Assembly (NCBI GenBank): GCA_003649205.1
Contig: QMRC01000003.1
Coordinates: 128,001 to 192,000, forward strand
Length of the DNA stretch: 64,000 nucleotides
Origin: Thermoprotei archaeon
GTDB taxonomy: Archaea > Thermoproteota > Thermoprotei > Thermoproteales > B15-G16
Reading direction: 5' to 3'
The notes beneath the pieces are model-generated. The model made no database searches. It worked only from the letters and a program-made list of their open reading frames with translations, and was not told where the DNA came from. Of the stretch, positions 10,472-19,877 are shown in pieces. Position 1 is the stretch's first letter. Each line of letters opens with the position of its first letter. A program made the translations under genes and the position numbers.

Positions 10472-11116
10472 ATGTATCCGGATAGGAAAACCATGAAACC
10501 TTTATATACGTTGATAATAGCTGGATGTACGTCAATAATCTCTGCATTCCTAGGATTCTTCTCAGGATACGGATTTGCTAGGTACAGAGTTGATGGTCCA
10601 CACCTACTATTCTGGATACTATCGATTAGGTTCCTACCACCGGTAGTAGCTGTCATACCTTACTACCTACTCTTCAGAGCACTAGGAATTCTCGACACGT
10701 ACCCAGCGGTCATAATACCACATCTATGTATCGGAATTCCGTTTGCTGTGTGGTTGATGAGGAGCTTCATCATGAGCATACCTGTAGAACTTGAGGAGGC
10801 AGCGTTAGTCGACGGTTGTAGTAGGTTTACCGTGCTCTTCAAGATAGTGTTTCCACTAGCTCTACCAGGGTTCCTCATTACGGTACTATTCACCTTCATC
10901 TGGTCGTGGAACGAGTTCATGTATGCACTAATACTGACAGACGTCAATGTCAGGGTAATGACTGTAACCATCGCTGGTATGAGGGAAGCTCATGGACTTA
11001 TGTGGGGTGCTGTGTCCGCAGCAGCTACGATAGCTACGTTACCGACAATAGCTCTTGCCATACTCCTTCAGAAGTACTTGGTTAGTGGTCTAGCATTCTT
11101 CACACCTAGAAGGTAG
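10472..11116 (+). pseudogene. N-terminally truncated MalG-type ABC permease (orphan)
   Basis: EEAALVDGCS and WNEF present, but only 214 aa and lacking the first TM helix and loop found in the 287-294 aa paralogs in this window. Confidence 0.55.
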
Positions 11117-12073
11117 ATCCTTCTGCTTTTTCTCTACCTCCTCTATCAGCTTCCTCAAGTACTGTACTGAGACTCTATACCCTTCCTCACCGTACTTATC
11201 CGAAAGCTCGATGATTAATGCTCCGCGGTATCTCTGGAATACTCTGTTCACTACCTGTACCCACGGTATATCTCCCCACCCTAGTGGTAGGTGTAGGTCG
11301 CCAAATCCATAGGCTACATTGTGTTCTGGGAAGTATGGGTGGTAGAGTCCGTAGTTATCGCTTAGGTGCATGTGTATGGTATGTGGTAATGCTTCTTCCA
11401 TTGCTTTGAGGAAGTTGAAGTTGAGTGCTTTTGAGCATATGTAGAGGTGTCCTATGTCGAGTGTGATACCGAGGTTATCTCTCTTGGCTTTCACTACTAC
11501 GTAAAGTAGTTCACTTACTCTTCGACAGAGATGTGTTAGTCCTAGATCACCGTTCTCTAGACCTATGGTAATTCCGTAGTCTCTAGCTAGGTCACAGCAC
11601 TTAGTTAGGTTCTGTGCTAGTTGATTTAGTGCTCTGTACTTTTCCTCCTCACTTAGCTCTACGTAAGTTATGTTTCTAGGTCCTGCCCACATTACTCTCT
11701 GTAGTTCTTGCTCTGGTGGTATGATGTAGCCACTGTGAAGTACCATGATTTTAGCATCTAGTTCTTGACCTAGTTCCATACATGACTTGATTACTTCTAG
11801 TGAGTACTTTAGTAGATGTGTGTCAAGTATATTCACTTCGTCAGGTATGTGTATGGTGTACTTGAATCTGTATGGAGAGAGAAGGTCGAGTAGTTTCTGT
11901 ACGTTTTCTCTAGCTAGTTTCCTACCTATGATTAGGTTGAACTTATGTGGAGATATCTCCAGCACCTCGATATTGAGTTCGCTGAAGAAGTTAAGCCACT
12001 TAGCAATCTTCTTCATTCCTTCGGTGGTTAACCAAATTGACATTGGTAGGAAGTTCACACCTATTGGGTTCAC
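11090..12073 (-). CDS. Sugar phosphate isomerase/epimerase (xylose isomerase-like / AP endonuclease 2 TIM barrel)
   Basis: TIH.P, VLHSG, GLEN, LDIGH, HMHLSDN, DLHLPLG.G, IIE metal-binding motifs. Confidence 0.85.
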   Translation of the reverse strand: MNPIGVNFLPMSIWLTTEGMKKIAKWLNFFSELNIEVLEISPHKFNLIIGRKLARENVQKLLDLLSPYRFKYTIHIPDEVNILDTHLLKYSLEVIKSCMELGQELDAKIMVLHSGYIIPPEQELQRVMWAGPRNITYVELSEEEKYRALNQLAQNLTKCCDLARDYGITIGLENGDLGLTHLCRRVSELLYVVVKAKRDNLGITLDIGHLYICSKALNFNFLKAMEEALPHTIHMHLSDNYGLYHPYFPEHNVAYGFGDLHLPLGWGDIPWVQVVNRVFQRYRGALIIELSDKYGEEGYRVSVQYLRKLIEEVEKKQKDLPSRCEEC

Positions 12074-12125
12074 GTTTACACCTGAGTTGGTTAACGTTAA
12101 TAAGTGAATTCTCCTTGTTGTCGAT

Positions 12126-12527
12126 GTGGTGAGATATGTGAAGATTAAGGTGAGAATAACTTCTGAATCTACTGGTGTTGTTGAGGCTGAGCTATTCGAT
12201 GATCTTAGTCCAAATACCTTCAGGAAGATCGTTGAAGCTCTACCATTTGAAGGTGTAGCACGTAGGTGGGGTGATGAAGTTTACTTTGAGATCCCCGTCC
12301 ATGTTCCTGAGGAAAATGCTGTTGAAATAGTTGAGAAAGGTACAGTTGCTTACTGGCCACCAGGGCACTCGCTATGCATCTTCTGGGGACCTACACCAGC
12401 TAGTAGACACCCCGATGAGATTAGACCTGCTAGTCCTGTGAACGTGGTTGGTAGAGTCTTAGGTGATCCGACAGTGTTCTCTAGGGTTAAGTATGGTGAG
12501 AGGATTAGAGTTGAGAGAGCTGAGTAA
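12126..12527 (+). CDS. Cyclophilin-like fold protein (TM1367/DUF369 type)
   Basis: LPFEG.A.RWGDEVYF, AYWPPG..LCIFWGPTP, PASPVNVVG. Confidence 0.85.
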   Translation: MVRYVKIKVRITSESTGVVEAELFDDLSPNTFRKIVEALPFEGVARRWGDEVYFEIPVHVPEENAVEIVEKGTVAYWPPGHSLCIFWGPTPASRHPDEIRPASPVNVVGRVLGDPTVFSRVKYGERIRVERAE

Positions 12528-13682
12528 TTACTCGACCACGGCACCTGGTTCAAGTACTTTACCTGCAGGTACTCTAGCTCCTTTACCTATGTAGGAACCA
12601 AGCTTCATGATCTTTCTACCTCTTCTCACTACCTCGATTGGTCTCTCTTTCCAAATTCTTTCTTTCATGATAACCTTAGTCACTACATTTGGTTCAATAA
12701 CTGCTTCACTACCAACGACACTAAAGCCTAAGTACGTAGCTCTTCCGATAGTTGCTCTAGGTTGAATTGAAGACCACGTTACCTCAGTGAATGAGAATAT
12801 TGTTGACTCCTCTTCAACTGTTGTGTAATCTCTCACAAGTGTATGAGTAGCTACGTAGCTATTCCTACCGATGTACACCGGTCCCTTAATAACTGCATGG
12901 TGCTCTATCTCTGCTCCATCCTCAATAACTACAGGACCCTCAATAACAGCTGTCGAAGCTATCCTCGCTCTACTCGATATGAAGCTCCTCTCTAGAGAAC
13001 TCAATACGAAGTAGTTTGCTCTCAAGAGATCCCAGGGAAAACCAATATCAACCCACCAACCACTCCAAATAGATGACCTAACTCTCCTCAACTTAATTAA
13101 CTTCGACATAGCTACCTCAAAGTTCTCATACTGCTCGAGAAGTTTGAAGAACTCGGTATTGACTATCATCAAGCCACCAAATGCGTAGTAACCCTCAAGC
13201 TCTCGACTAGGTTTCTCAATGAATTCCGTAACAAAGCCTTCAGCATCTACTCTAACAGCTCCATAGAGTCTAACATCCTCTTCAGGGACCAGCATCAGGG
13301 TACTGGTGCTGTAGGCTAGGAAGGAACTGAGTATTGTCTCAACACCTTCTTTCGGTAGCAATGTATCTCCGTAGTAGATGAGTACATAACCTCTAACATA
13401 GTCCTTAACCGATAGGAGCGCAGCTTCAACACCTACACCACACTGCTCAATAACCTCAAGCTCTAGACCTAATCTCCTATACCTCTCAAGAACTGGCTCA
13501 AGGGCACCAGGTCTATCTGTAACGACAAGAACTCTCCTCATATTTAGCTCAAGCAAGTTACCCAGTACATACTCAATAACTGCTCTACCAGCTATCCTCA
13601 GCAGTACCTTAGGCTCTCCCCTAGTCAATAGCTGGAGACCAGTACCAGGACCACCCGCCAGCACGATGACAGGTAGCGACAT
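12528..13682 (-). CDS. Sugar-phosphate nucleotidyltransferase with left-handed beta-helix (archaeal GlmU-like)
   Basis: VLAGG.G..L.....PK, YGD, EKP, W.DIG.PWDLL, hexapeptide repeats; directly downstream of glmS. Confidence 0.85.
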   Translation of the reverse strand: MSLPVIVLAGGPGTGLQLLTRGEPKVLLRIAGRAVIEYVLGNLLELNMRRVLVVTDRPGALEPVLERYRRLGLELEVIEQCGVGVEAALLSVKDYVRGYVLIYYGDTLLPKEGVETILSSFLAYSTSTLMLVPEEDVRLYGAVRVDAEGFVTEFIEKPSRELEGYYAFGGLMIVNTEFFKLLEQYENFEVAMSKLIKLRRVRSSIWSGWWVDIGFPWDLLRANYFVLSSLERSFISSRARIASTAVIEGPVVIEDGAEIEHHAVIKGPVYIGRNSYVATHTLVRDYTTVEEESTIFSFTEVTWSSIQPRATIGRATYLGFSVVGSEAVIEPNVVTKVIMKERIWKERPIEVVRRGRKIMKLGSYIGKGARVPAGKVLEPGAVVE

Positions 13683-13685
13683 TAA

Positions 13686-15551
13686 CTACATCACCGTCAC
13701 AGTCTTAGCTAGGTTCCTCGGCTTATCAGGATCAAAACCTCTCTGAGTAGCTGTGTAGTAAGCAATTAACTGGTAAGGAACTATGTAAGGTATAGTAGCT
13801 ACGTACGGGCTCAACCTAGGTAACTCAATAACGACTTCAGGTAGCCTCCTAACTCTACTACCTCTAGGACATATAGCTATTGTCCAGGCACCTCTAGCCC
13901 TCATCTCCTCGATATTACCACCAATGATCTCCTCATCATAACCACCGAGAACAGTGAAGAATACTGGGAATCCAGGCTCTACAAGAGCTATTGGACCATG
14001 CTTACTCTCACCAGCTGGATAAGCCTCAGCATGTATGTACGCTATCTCCTTTAACTTCAGTGCACCCTCCATAGAAATCGGTACGCCTAACCACCTACCT
14101 AAGAAGTAAGCACTCCGCTTACTAGCGACCTCTCTAGAGAGCTTCCTAGCGATTGGCTCGCACCTAGCGATCACGTACTCAACTACTTCAGGGACCTTCC
14201 TCAATTTAGATAGTAGGTCACGGTAATTATCCTCAGGAAGCGTACCGAGAACCTTACCCAACCTGAGAGCTAGGTACGTGAAGACTACGAGCTGTGTAGT
14301 GAAGGTCTTCGTAGCAGCAACACCGATTTCCGGACCCGCTCTCGTGTATACTTGGATATCTGATTCCCTAGGAATAGCACTATCAATGACATTGGATACA
14401 GCTACTACCTTGGCACCACACCTCTTGGCAACTCTAACAGCGACCAAAGTATCTATGGTTTCACCTGATTGACTAACAGCAATAACGACATCTCTATCAC
14501 TAACCTTCGATAGGTACCACTGAGCTTCAGAAGCTATGATAGCTTGCGAGAATACACCAGCTAGCTCGTGAAGTAGGTAGCTACCTGTGAGCGATGCGTG
14601 GTAGCTAGTACCTGCACCAATGATGAATACGTGATCAGCACGTCTAATCAACTCAACGACCCCATCGATCTCAGGACCGAGACCAGATATCGTGGAGAAT
14701 ATTGCATAGGGCTGCTCGTGAATTTCCTTAAGCATGAAGTGTGGGTAACCACCCTTCTTAGCAGCTTCGAGACTCCACTCAACAACCCTAATCCTCGGTC
14801 TAAACTCAACAACTCTAGATGGAGGAGGTACAGGATCTAGATCCTCACTCTGAGAAATCCCCTCAACAACGACACTACTCGAAGTCACGTAACCAACCTC
14901 GAGATCTCTTAACACAAGCACTCTATTCGTGTACTCGAGGAATGCAGGAATGTCACTCGAGACGAACATCGTACCCTTACCAAAGCCAATTACTAGAGGT
15001 GATGTGTACCTAGCGAAGAATATCTTGTCAGGTTCATCAACGTCGATCATAGCTATAGCGAAGGTACCTCTCAGGATAGATACTGCCTTCTTAAAAGCAT
15101 CGTAGGTAGGTAGACCCCTCCTCTTAAACTCCTCAACAAGATGAGGAATAACCTCCGTATCTGTCTCACTAATGAACCTATGCCCTCTCTCAATAAGCTC
15201 CTCACGAAGCTCAAGGTAGTTCTCGATAATACCATTGTGAACAACAGCAATACCCATATTACAGTCAGTGTGTGGATGAGCATTCACATCAGTAGGAGGA
15301 CCGTGAGTAGCCCACCTAGTGTGCCCAATACCAACAACACCACAGTACCTATCGAAACCAAGCTTCTCACGAACATCATCGATCTTACCTCTACACTTCC
15401 TAACGACCAACCTACCATCAGGAGTGATCACAGCAAAACCAACAGAGTCATAGCCTCTGTACTCAAGGTTCTTGAGACAGCAATACAACACAGTACCTAA
15501 GTTAGCACCTAGAGCGGTAAGTGTAGTCGCAATACCAATGATGCCACACAT
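13686..15551 (-). CDS. glmS: Glutamine--fructose-6-phosphate aminotransferase (isomerizing)
   Basis: True start MCGII; EYRGYDS, GHTRWATHG, HNGII, SQSGET, GESKHGP, PRNLAKTVT. Confidence 0.97.
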   Translation of the reverse strand: MCGIIGIATTLTALGANLGTVLYCCLKNLEYRGYDSVGFAVITPDGRLVVRKCRGKIDDVREKLGFDRYCGVVGIGHTRWATHGPPTDVNAHPHTDCNMGIAVVHNGIIENYLELREELIERGHRFISETDTEVIPHLVEEFKRRGLPTYDAFKKAVSILRGTFAIAMIDVDEPDKIFFARYTSPLVIGFGKGTMFVSSDIPAFLEYTNRVLVLRDLEVGYVTSSSVVVEGISQSEDLDPVPPPSRVVEFRPRIRVVEWSLEAAKKGGYPHFMLKEIHEQPYAIFSTISGLGPEIDGVVELIRRADHVFIIGAGTSYHASLTGSYLLHELAGVFSQAIIASEAQWYLSKVSDRDVVIAVSQSGETIDTLVAVRVAKRCGAKVVAVSNVIDSAIPRESDIQVYTRAGPEIGVAATKTFTTQLVVFTYLALRLGKVLGTLPEDNYRDLLSKLRKVPEVVEYVIARCEPIARKLSREVASKRSAYFLGRWLGVPISMEGALKLKEIAYIHAEAYPAGESKHGPIALVEPGFPVFFTVLGGYDEEIIGGNIEEMRARGAWTIAICPRGSRVRRLPEVVIELPRLSPYVATIPYIVPYQLIAYYTATQRGFDPDKPRNLAKTVTVM

Positions 15552-15651
15552 CGTGAAACCATAGATAAACAACAGTAAATAGTAAATTATCAGTATCTCA
15601 ATCTCACTAAGCAACACAAGAGCAAGTAAGAGAGAACGCGGTGATTGATGT

Positions 15652-16950
15652 GTGCTTCACCTAAGGAATTGTAGATTCGTAGTTACTCATGACCTAGCTA
15701 CAGGTACGATCAAGGTCTTGGAGGAGGTGGACATTAAGGTACGTGAAGACGGCGTAGTGGAGAAGATTGGGAAGAACCTACGTACTGAGAGTGGTTACGA
15801 AGTAGTTGACTGTAGGAGGTACGTGGTGATACCTGGACTAGTCAATGCACACACCCACGTAGCAATGACTTTGCTTAGAGGGTTCTGTGACGATGAGGAG
15901 GTGTGCACTTGGCTACAGCACATGTGGGGGGTAGAGCGCGAGCTAACTCCGGAGGTCGTGAGGTTAGCCTCTGAGCTAGGTATCATGGAGATGCTAAGTA
16001 CAGGGACAACAGCATTCATAGACATGTACTACATGCCAGAGCAAACAGCTGAGGTAGCGGAGAGGTACGGGATAAGAGCAGCACTCGGACCAGTCTTCAT
16101 GGACGTGATGTACAGTGCGAAGAAGGTAGAGAACGACTTAAGAAACCTAGTAACGATGTGTAGAGGGATGAGGTATGTAAGACCTATAGTGAATGTACAC
16201 AGCATTTACACCTGTACGAGAGAGACCTTGGAGCGAGCAAGAGATCTAGCAAGTGAACTCAACCTAAACATACAGATACACATCTCAGAGACGAGACATG
16301 AAGTCTATAGGTGTAGGAAAGAGACAGGGAAATTCCCCATAGAGTACATAGCTGAACTAGGTCTGGTAACGGAGAGAACACAGCTAGTACACCTAGGGTG
16401 GGTAGCTAGCTGGGAGCTTGGTATCATTAGAGATCAAGGAGCAACCGTAACACATTGTCCTGTATCAAGCATGAAGTTAGCGACAGCGGGATTCCTACCA
16501 ATCAAGGAGATGATGAGCATGGGGATAAGGGTGACGATAGGTACAGACGGAGCAGCAAGCAACAACACACTAGACATGTTTAGGGAGTTGAAGGCAGCAG
16601 TACTCCTCCACAGGCACGGATACTGGAGTACAGACATAAATGCACAGCACGTATTCACAGCGGCAACAGTAAGGGGATACGAACTACTCAACATAAAGGG
16701 AGGAGTCATAGCACCTGGATACGTAGCAGACCTCGTACTCATAGACGTAGAGAAAGCACCACTACAACCACTTAGAAGAGACAACGTACTATCAACCCTC
16801 GTATACTGCGTATGTGGAAGAGATGTAGAGATGACGATGGTGAGTGGGAAAGTAGTTTACTGGAGGAAGAGAGATGAAGAGAAATGGAGAGAAAGAGCAA
16901 TGGAGATAGCGAACAAGCTCAACAAGTACATGGAGAAGTACCTGACCTAA
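15652..16950 (+). CDS. Amidohydrolase, MTA/SAH deaminase (MtaD)-like
   Basis: PGLVNAHTH, DMY, HISE, HCP.S.MKL, GTDGAASNN. Confidence 0.85.
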   Translation: MLHLRNCRFVVTHDLATGTIKVLEEVDIKVREDGVVEKIGKNLRTESGYEVVDCRRYVVIPGLVNAHTHVAMTLLRGFCDDEEVCTWLQHMWGVERELTPEVVRLASELGIMEMLSTGTTAFIDMYYMPEQTAEVAERYGIRAALGPVFMDVMYSAKKVENDLRNLVTMCRGMRYVRPIVNVHSIYTCTRETLERARDLASELNLNIQIHISETRHEVYRCRKETGKFPIEYIAELGLVTERTQLVHLGWVASWELGIIRDQGATVTHCPVSSMKLATAGFLPIKEMMSMGIRVTIGTDGAASNNTLDMFRELKAAVLLHRHGYWSTDINAQHVFTAATVRGYELLNIKGGVIAPGYVADLVLIDVEKAPLQPLRRDNVLSTLVYCVCGRDVEMTMVSGKVVYWRKRDEEKWRERAMEIANKLNKYMEKYLT

Positions 16951-16974
16951 GGGTACAGGACCAAGGAACAGTAC

Positions 16975-17331
16975 CTACGAGAACCACCACCTCCTATGCT
17001 TAAGATCAATGACGATACCTAACAACTCAATACACTTAGCGGATAAAATAACCTCATCCTCACCAGGAGCAATAGCGACATAAGCTTCAACACACCTACA
17101 CTCATTATTCATCGAAACCACAACCTCTACCCTCTCACCGAGGTACACGATACCGTACGTAAGAGTAGGACCTCTAAACATCACTTCCCTACCATATCTC
17201 AAGCCCAATTCCGAAGCAACCTCCGGAGGAACAGCAACAACAGGTTCATCACTTTCGAAACCAGTATTCAAAAGAGCATAAGCCTCAACCTCCTTACCAC
17301 ACCTCCTCAACCTAACAGGAATCCTCAACAA
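16975..17331 (-). CDS. Retropepsin-like (clan AA) protein with NTG in place of DTG
   Basis: ALLNTGF, VP.EVA.ELG, C-terminal IL....ELLGI.ID. Confidence 0.7.
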   Translation of the reverse strand: MLRIPVRLRRCGKEVEAYALLNTGFESDEPVVAVPPEVASELGLRYGREVMFRGPTLTYGIVYLGERVEVVVSMNNECRCVEAYVAIAPGEDEVILSAKCIELLGIVIDLKHRRWWFS

Positions 17332-17473
17332 CGTCCGAAACCCTCAACACAATCTTCCTCCACCTAATGAAAGGACGAGAAGGTAGAGAGGTAGAGATCT
17401 CACTTAACCCCCTTAAATGAGCTCTATGCATTTCAAAAATAACCTCTAGAGGAACAATCTTCTTCCCCACCAT
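17312..17473 (-). CDS. Small ORF (53 aa), mirror of 17956..18117
   Basis: ATG with strong SD; overlaps the start of the retropepsin-like gene. Confidence 0.5.
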   Translation of the reverse strand: MVGKKIVPLEVIFEMHRAHLRGLSEISTSLPSRPFIRWRKIVLRVSDVVEDSC

Positions 17474-17645
17474 ACCTACACCTCACCTCTATTAGAAACT
17501 ACTCAACAACTCGTTAAAAACACTGTTAACGTCAAGCCCTCTCACGCGAAGTAATGTACCTAGATCACACAACCAAACCCAATACGAGGTAAGAAATAAA
17601 AACAAGACAGCAAACACAAATCACGACCCCAGAACCCAAACCGAG

Positions 17646-17719
17646 GCCGCGGTGGTGTAGCCTGGTAACATGCGGGACTGTGGATCCCGTGAGCCCGGGT
17701 TCAAATCCCGGCCGCGGCC
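17646..17719 (+). tRNA. tRNA-His(GUG), intronless, genomic G-1 at 17645, CCA not encoded
   Basis: Acceptor GCCGCGG/CCGCGGC, anticodon arm CGGGA-CTGTGGA-TCCCG (GTG at 17680-82), T arm CCGGG-TTCAAAT-CCCGG, discriminator C. Confidence 0.97.
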
Positions 17720-17783
17720 GGGATTTGAACCCGGGCTCACGGGATCCACAGTCCCGCATGTTACCAGGCTACACCACCGCGGC
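17710..17783 (-). tRNA. tRNA-His(GUG), mirror copy overlapping the + copy by 10 nt
   Basis: Reverse complement of 17646-17719. Confidence 0.9.
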
Positions 17784-17955
17784 CTCGGTTTGGGTTCTGG
17801 GGTCGTGATTTGTGTTTGCTGTCTTGTTTTTATTTCTTACCTCGTATTGGGTTTGGTTGTGTGATCTAGGTACATTACTTCGCGTGAGAGGGCTTGACGT
17901 TAACAGTGTTTTTAACGAGTTGTTGAGTAGTTTCTAATAGAGGTGAGGTGTAGGT

Positions 17956-18117
17956 ATGGTGGGGAAGAAGATTGTTCCTCTAGAGGTTATTTTTGAAATG
18001 CATAGAGCTCATTTAAGGGGGTTAAGTGAGATCTCTACCTCTCTACCTTCTCGTCCTTTCATTAGGTGGAGGAAGATTGTGTTGAGGGTTTCGGACGTTG
18101 TTGAGGATTCCTGTTAG
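17956..18117 (+). CDS. Small ORF (53 aa, MVGKKIVPLEVIFEMHRAHLRG...)
   Basis: Read manually; SD GAGGTGAGGTG before ATG; stop overlaps the next gene's start region. Confidence 0.5.
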   Translation: MVGKKIVPLEVIFEMHRAHLRGLSEISTSLPSRPFIRWRKIVLRVSDVVEDSC

Positions 18118-18454
18118 GTTGAGGAGGTGTGGTAAGGAGGTTGAGGCTTATGCTCTTTTGAATACTGGTTTCGAAAGTGATGAACCTGTTGTTGCTGTTC
18201 CTCCGGAGGTTGCTTCGGAATTGGGCTTGAGATATGGTAGGGAAGTGATGTTTAGAGGTCCTACTCTTACGTACGGTATCGTGTACCTCGGTGAGAGGGT
18301 AGAGGTTGTGGTTTCGATGAATAATGAGTGTAGGTGTGTTGAAGCTTATGTCGCTATTGCTCCTGGTGAGGATGAGGTTATTTTATCCGCTAAGTGTATT
18401 GAGTTGTTAGGTATCGTCATTGATCTTAAGCATAGGAGGTGGTGGTTCTCGTAG
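18098..18454 (+). CDS. Retropepsin-like protein (mirror copy)
   Basis: Identical to 16975..17331. Confidence 0.7.
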   Translation: MLRIPVRLRRCGKEVEAYALLNTGFESDEPVVAVPPEVASELGLRYGREVMFRGPTLTYGIVYLGERVEVVVSMNNECRCVEAYVAIAPGEDEVILSAKCIELLGIVIDLKHRRWWFS

Positions 18455-18478
18455 GTACTGTTCCTTGGTCCTGTACCC

Positions 18479-19777
18479 TTAGGTCAGGTACTTCTCCATG
18501 TACTTGTTGAGCTTGTTCGCTATCTCCATTGCTCTTTCTCTCCATTTCTCTTCATCTCTCTTCCTCCAGTAAACTACTTTCCCACTCACCATCGTCATCT
18601 CTACATCTCTTCCACATACGCAGTATACGAGGGTTGATAGTACGTTGTCTCTTCTAAGTGGTTGTAGTGGTGCTTTCTCTACGTCTATGAGTACGAGGTC
18701 TGCTACGTATCCAGGTGCTATGACTCCTCCCTTTATGTTGAGTAGTTCGTATCCCCTTACTGTTGCCGCTGTGAATACGTGCTGTGCATTTATGTCTGTA
18801 CTCCAGTATCCGTGCCTGTGGAGGAGTACTGCTGCCTTCAACTCCCTAAACATGTCTAGTGTGTTGTTGCTTGCTGCTCCGTCTGTACCTATCGTCACCC
18901 TTATCCCCATGCTCATCATCTCCTTGATTGGTAGGAATCCCGCTGTCGCTAACTTCATGCTTGATACAGGACAATGTGTTACGGTTGCTCCTTGATCTCT
19001 AATGATACCAAGCTCCCAGCTAGCTACCCACCCTAGGTGTACTAGCTGTGTTCTCTCCGTTACCAGACCTAGTTCAGCTATGTACTCTATGGGGAATTTC
19101 CCTGTCTCTTTCCTACACCTATAGACTTCATGTCTCGTCTCTGAGATGTGTATCTGTATGTTTAGGTTGAGTTCACTTGCTAGATCTCTTGCTCGCTCCA
19201 AGGTCTCTCTCGTACAGGTGTAAATGCTGTGTACATTCACTATAGGTCTTACATACCTCATCCCTCTACACATCGTTACTAGGTTTCTTAAGTCGTTCTC
19301 TACCTTCTTCGCACTGTACATCACGTCCATGAAGACTGGTCCGAGTGCTGCTCTTATCCCGTACCTCTCCGCTACCTCAGCTGTTTGCTCTGGCATGTAG
19401 TACATGTCTATGAATGCTGTTGTCCCTGTACTTAGCATCTCCATGATACCTAGCTCAGAGGCTAACCTCACGACCTCCGGAGTTAGCTCGCGCTCTACCC
19501 CCCACATGTGCTGTAGCCAAGTGCACACCTCCTCATCGTCACAGAACCCTCTAAGCAAAGTCATTGCTACGTGGGTGTGTGCATTGACTAGTCCAGGTAT
19601 CACCACGTACCTCCTACAGTCAACTACTTCGTAACCACTCTCAGTACGTAGGTTCTTCCCAATCTTCTCCACTACGCCGTCTTCACGTACCTTAATGTCC
19701 ACCTCCTCCAAGACCTTGATCGTACCTGTAGCTAGGTCATGAGTAACTACGAATCTACAATTCCTTAGGTGAAGCAC
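18479..19777 (-). CDS. Amidohydrolase, MtaD-like (mirror copy)
   Basis: Identical to 15652..16950. Confidence 0.85.
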   Translation of the reverse strand: MLHLRNCRFVVTHDLATGTIKVLEEVDIKVREDGVVEKIGKNLRTESGYEVVDCRRYVVIPGLVNAHTHVAMTLLRGFCDDEEVCTWLQHMWGVERELTPEVVRLASELGIMEMLSTGTTAFIDMYYMPEQTAEVAERYGIRAALGPVFMDVMYSAKKVENDLRNLVTMCRGMRYVRPIVNVHSIYTCTRETLERARDLASELNLNIQIHISETRHEVYRCRKETGKFPIEYIAELGLVTERTQLVHLGWVASWELGIIRDQGATVTHCPVSSMKLATAGFLPIKEMMSMGIRVTIGTDGAASNNTLDMFRELKAAVLLHRHGYWSTDINAQHVFTAATVRGYELLNIKGGVIAPGYVADLVLIDVEKAPLQPLRRDNVLSTLVYCVCGRDVEMTMVSGKVVYWRKRDEEKWRERAMEIANKLNKYMEKYLT

Positions 19778-19877
19778 ACATCAATCACCGCGTTCTCTCT
19801 TACTTGCTCTTGTGTTGCTTAGTGAGATTGAGATACTGATAATTTACTATTTACTGTTGTTTATCTATGGTTTCACG

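Noticed and set aside
12088-12105. Recurrent GTTAACGT motif (also near 17526 and 47381) as a regulon site
   Set aside because: Short and close to or overlapping likely BRE/TATA elements; three hits do not separate it from core promoter sequence.
15552-15617. 22-aa N-terminal extension of GlmS in the ORF track (also 19812-19877)
   Set aside because: GlmS needs Cys at the mature N-terminus; the real start is MCGII.
17565-17864. Two 64-aa ORFs (MRDCGSREPG...) across the palindrome axis
   Set aside because: They are read-through of the tRNA-His sequence and its mirror, not proteins.
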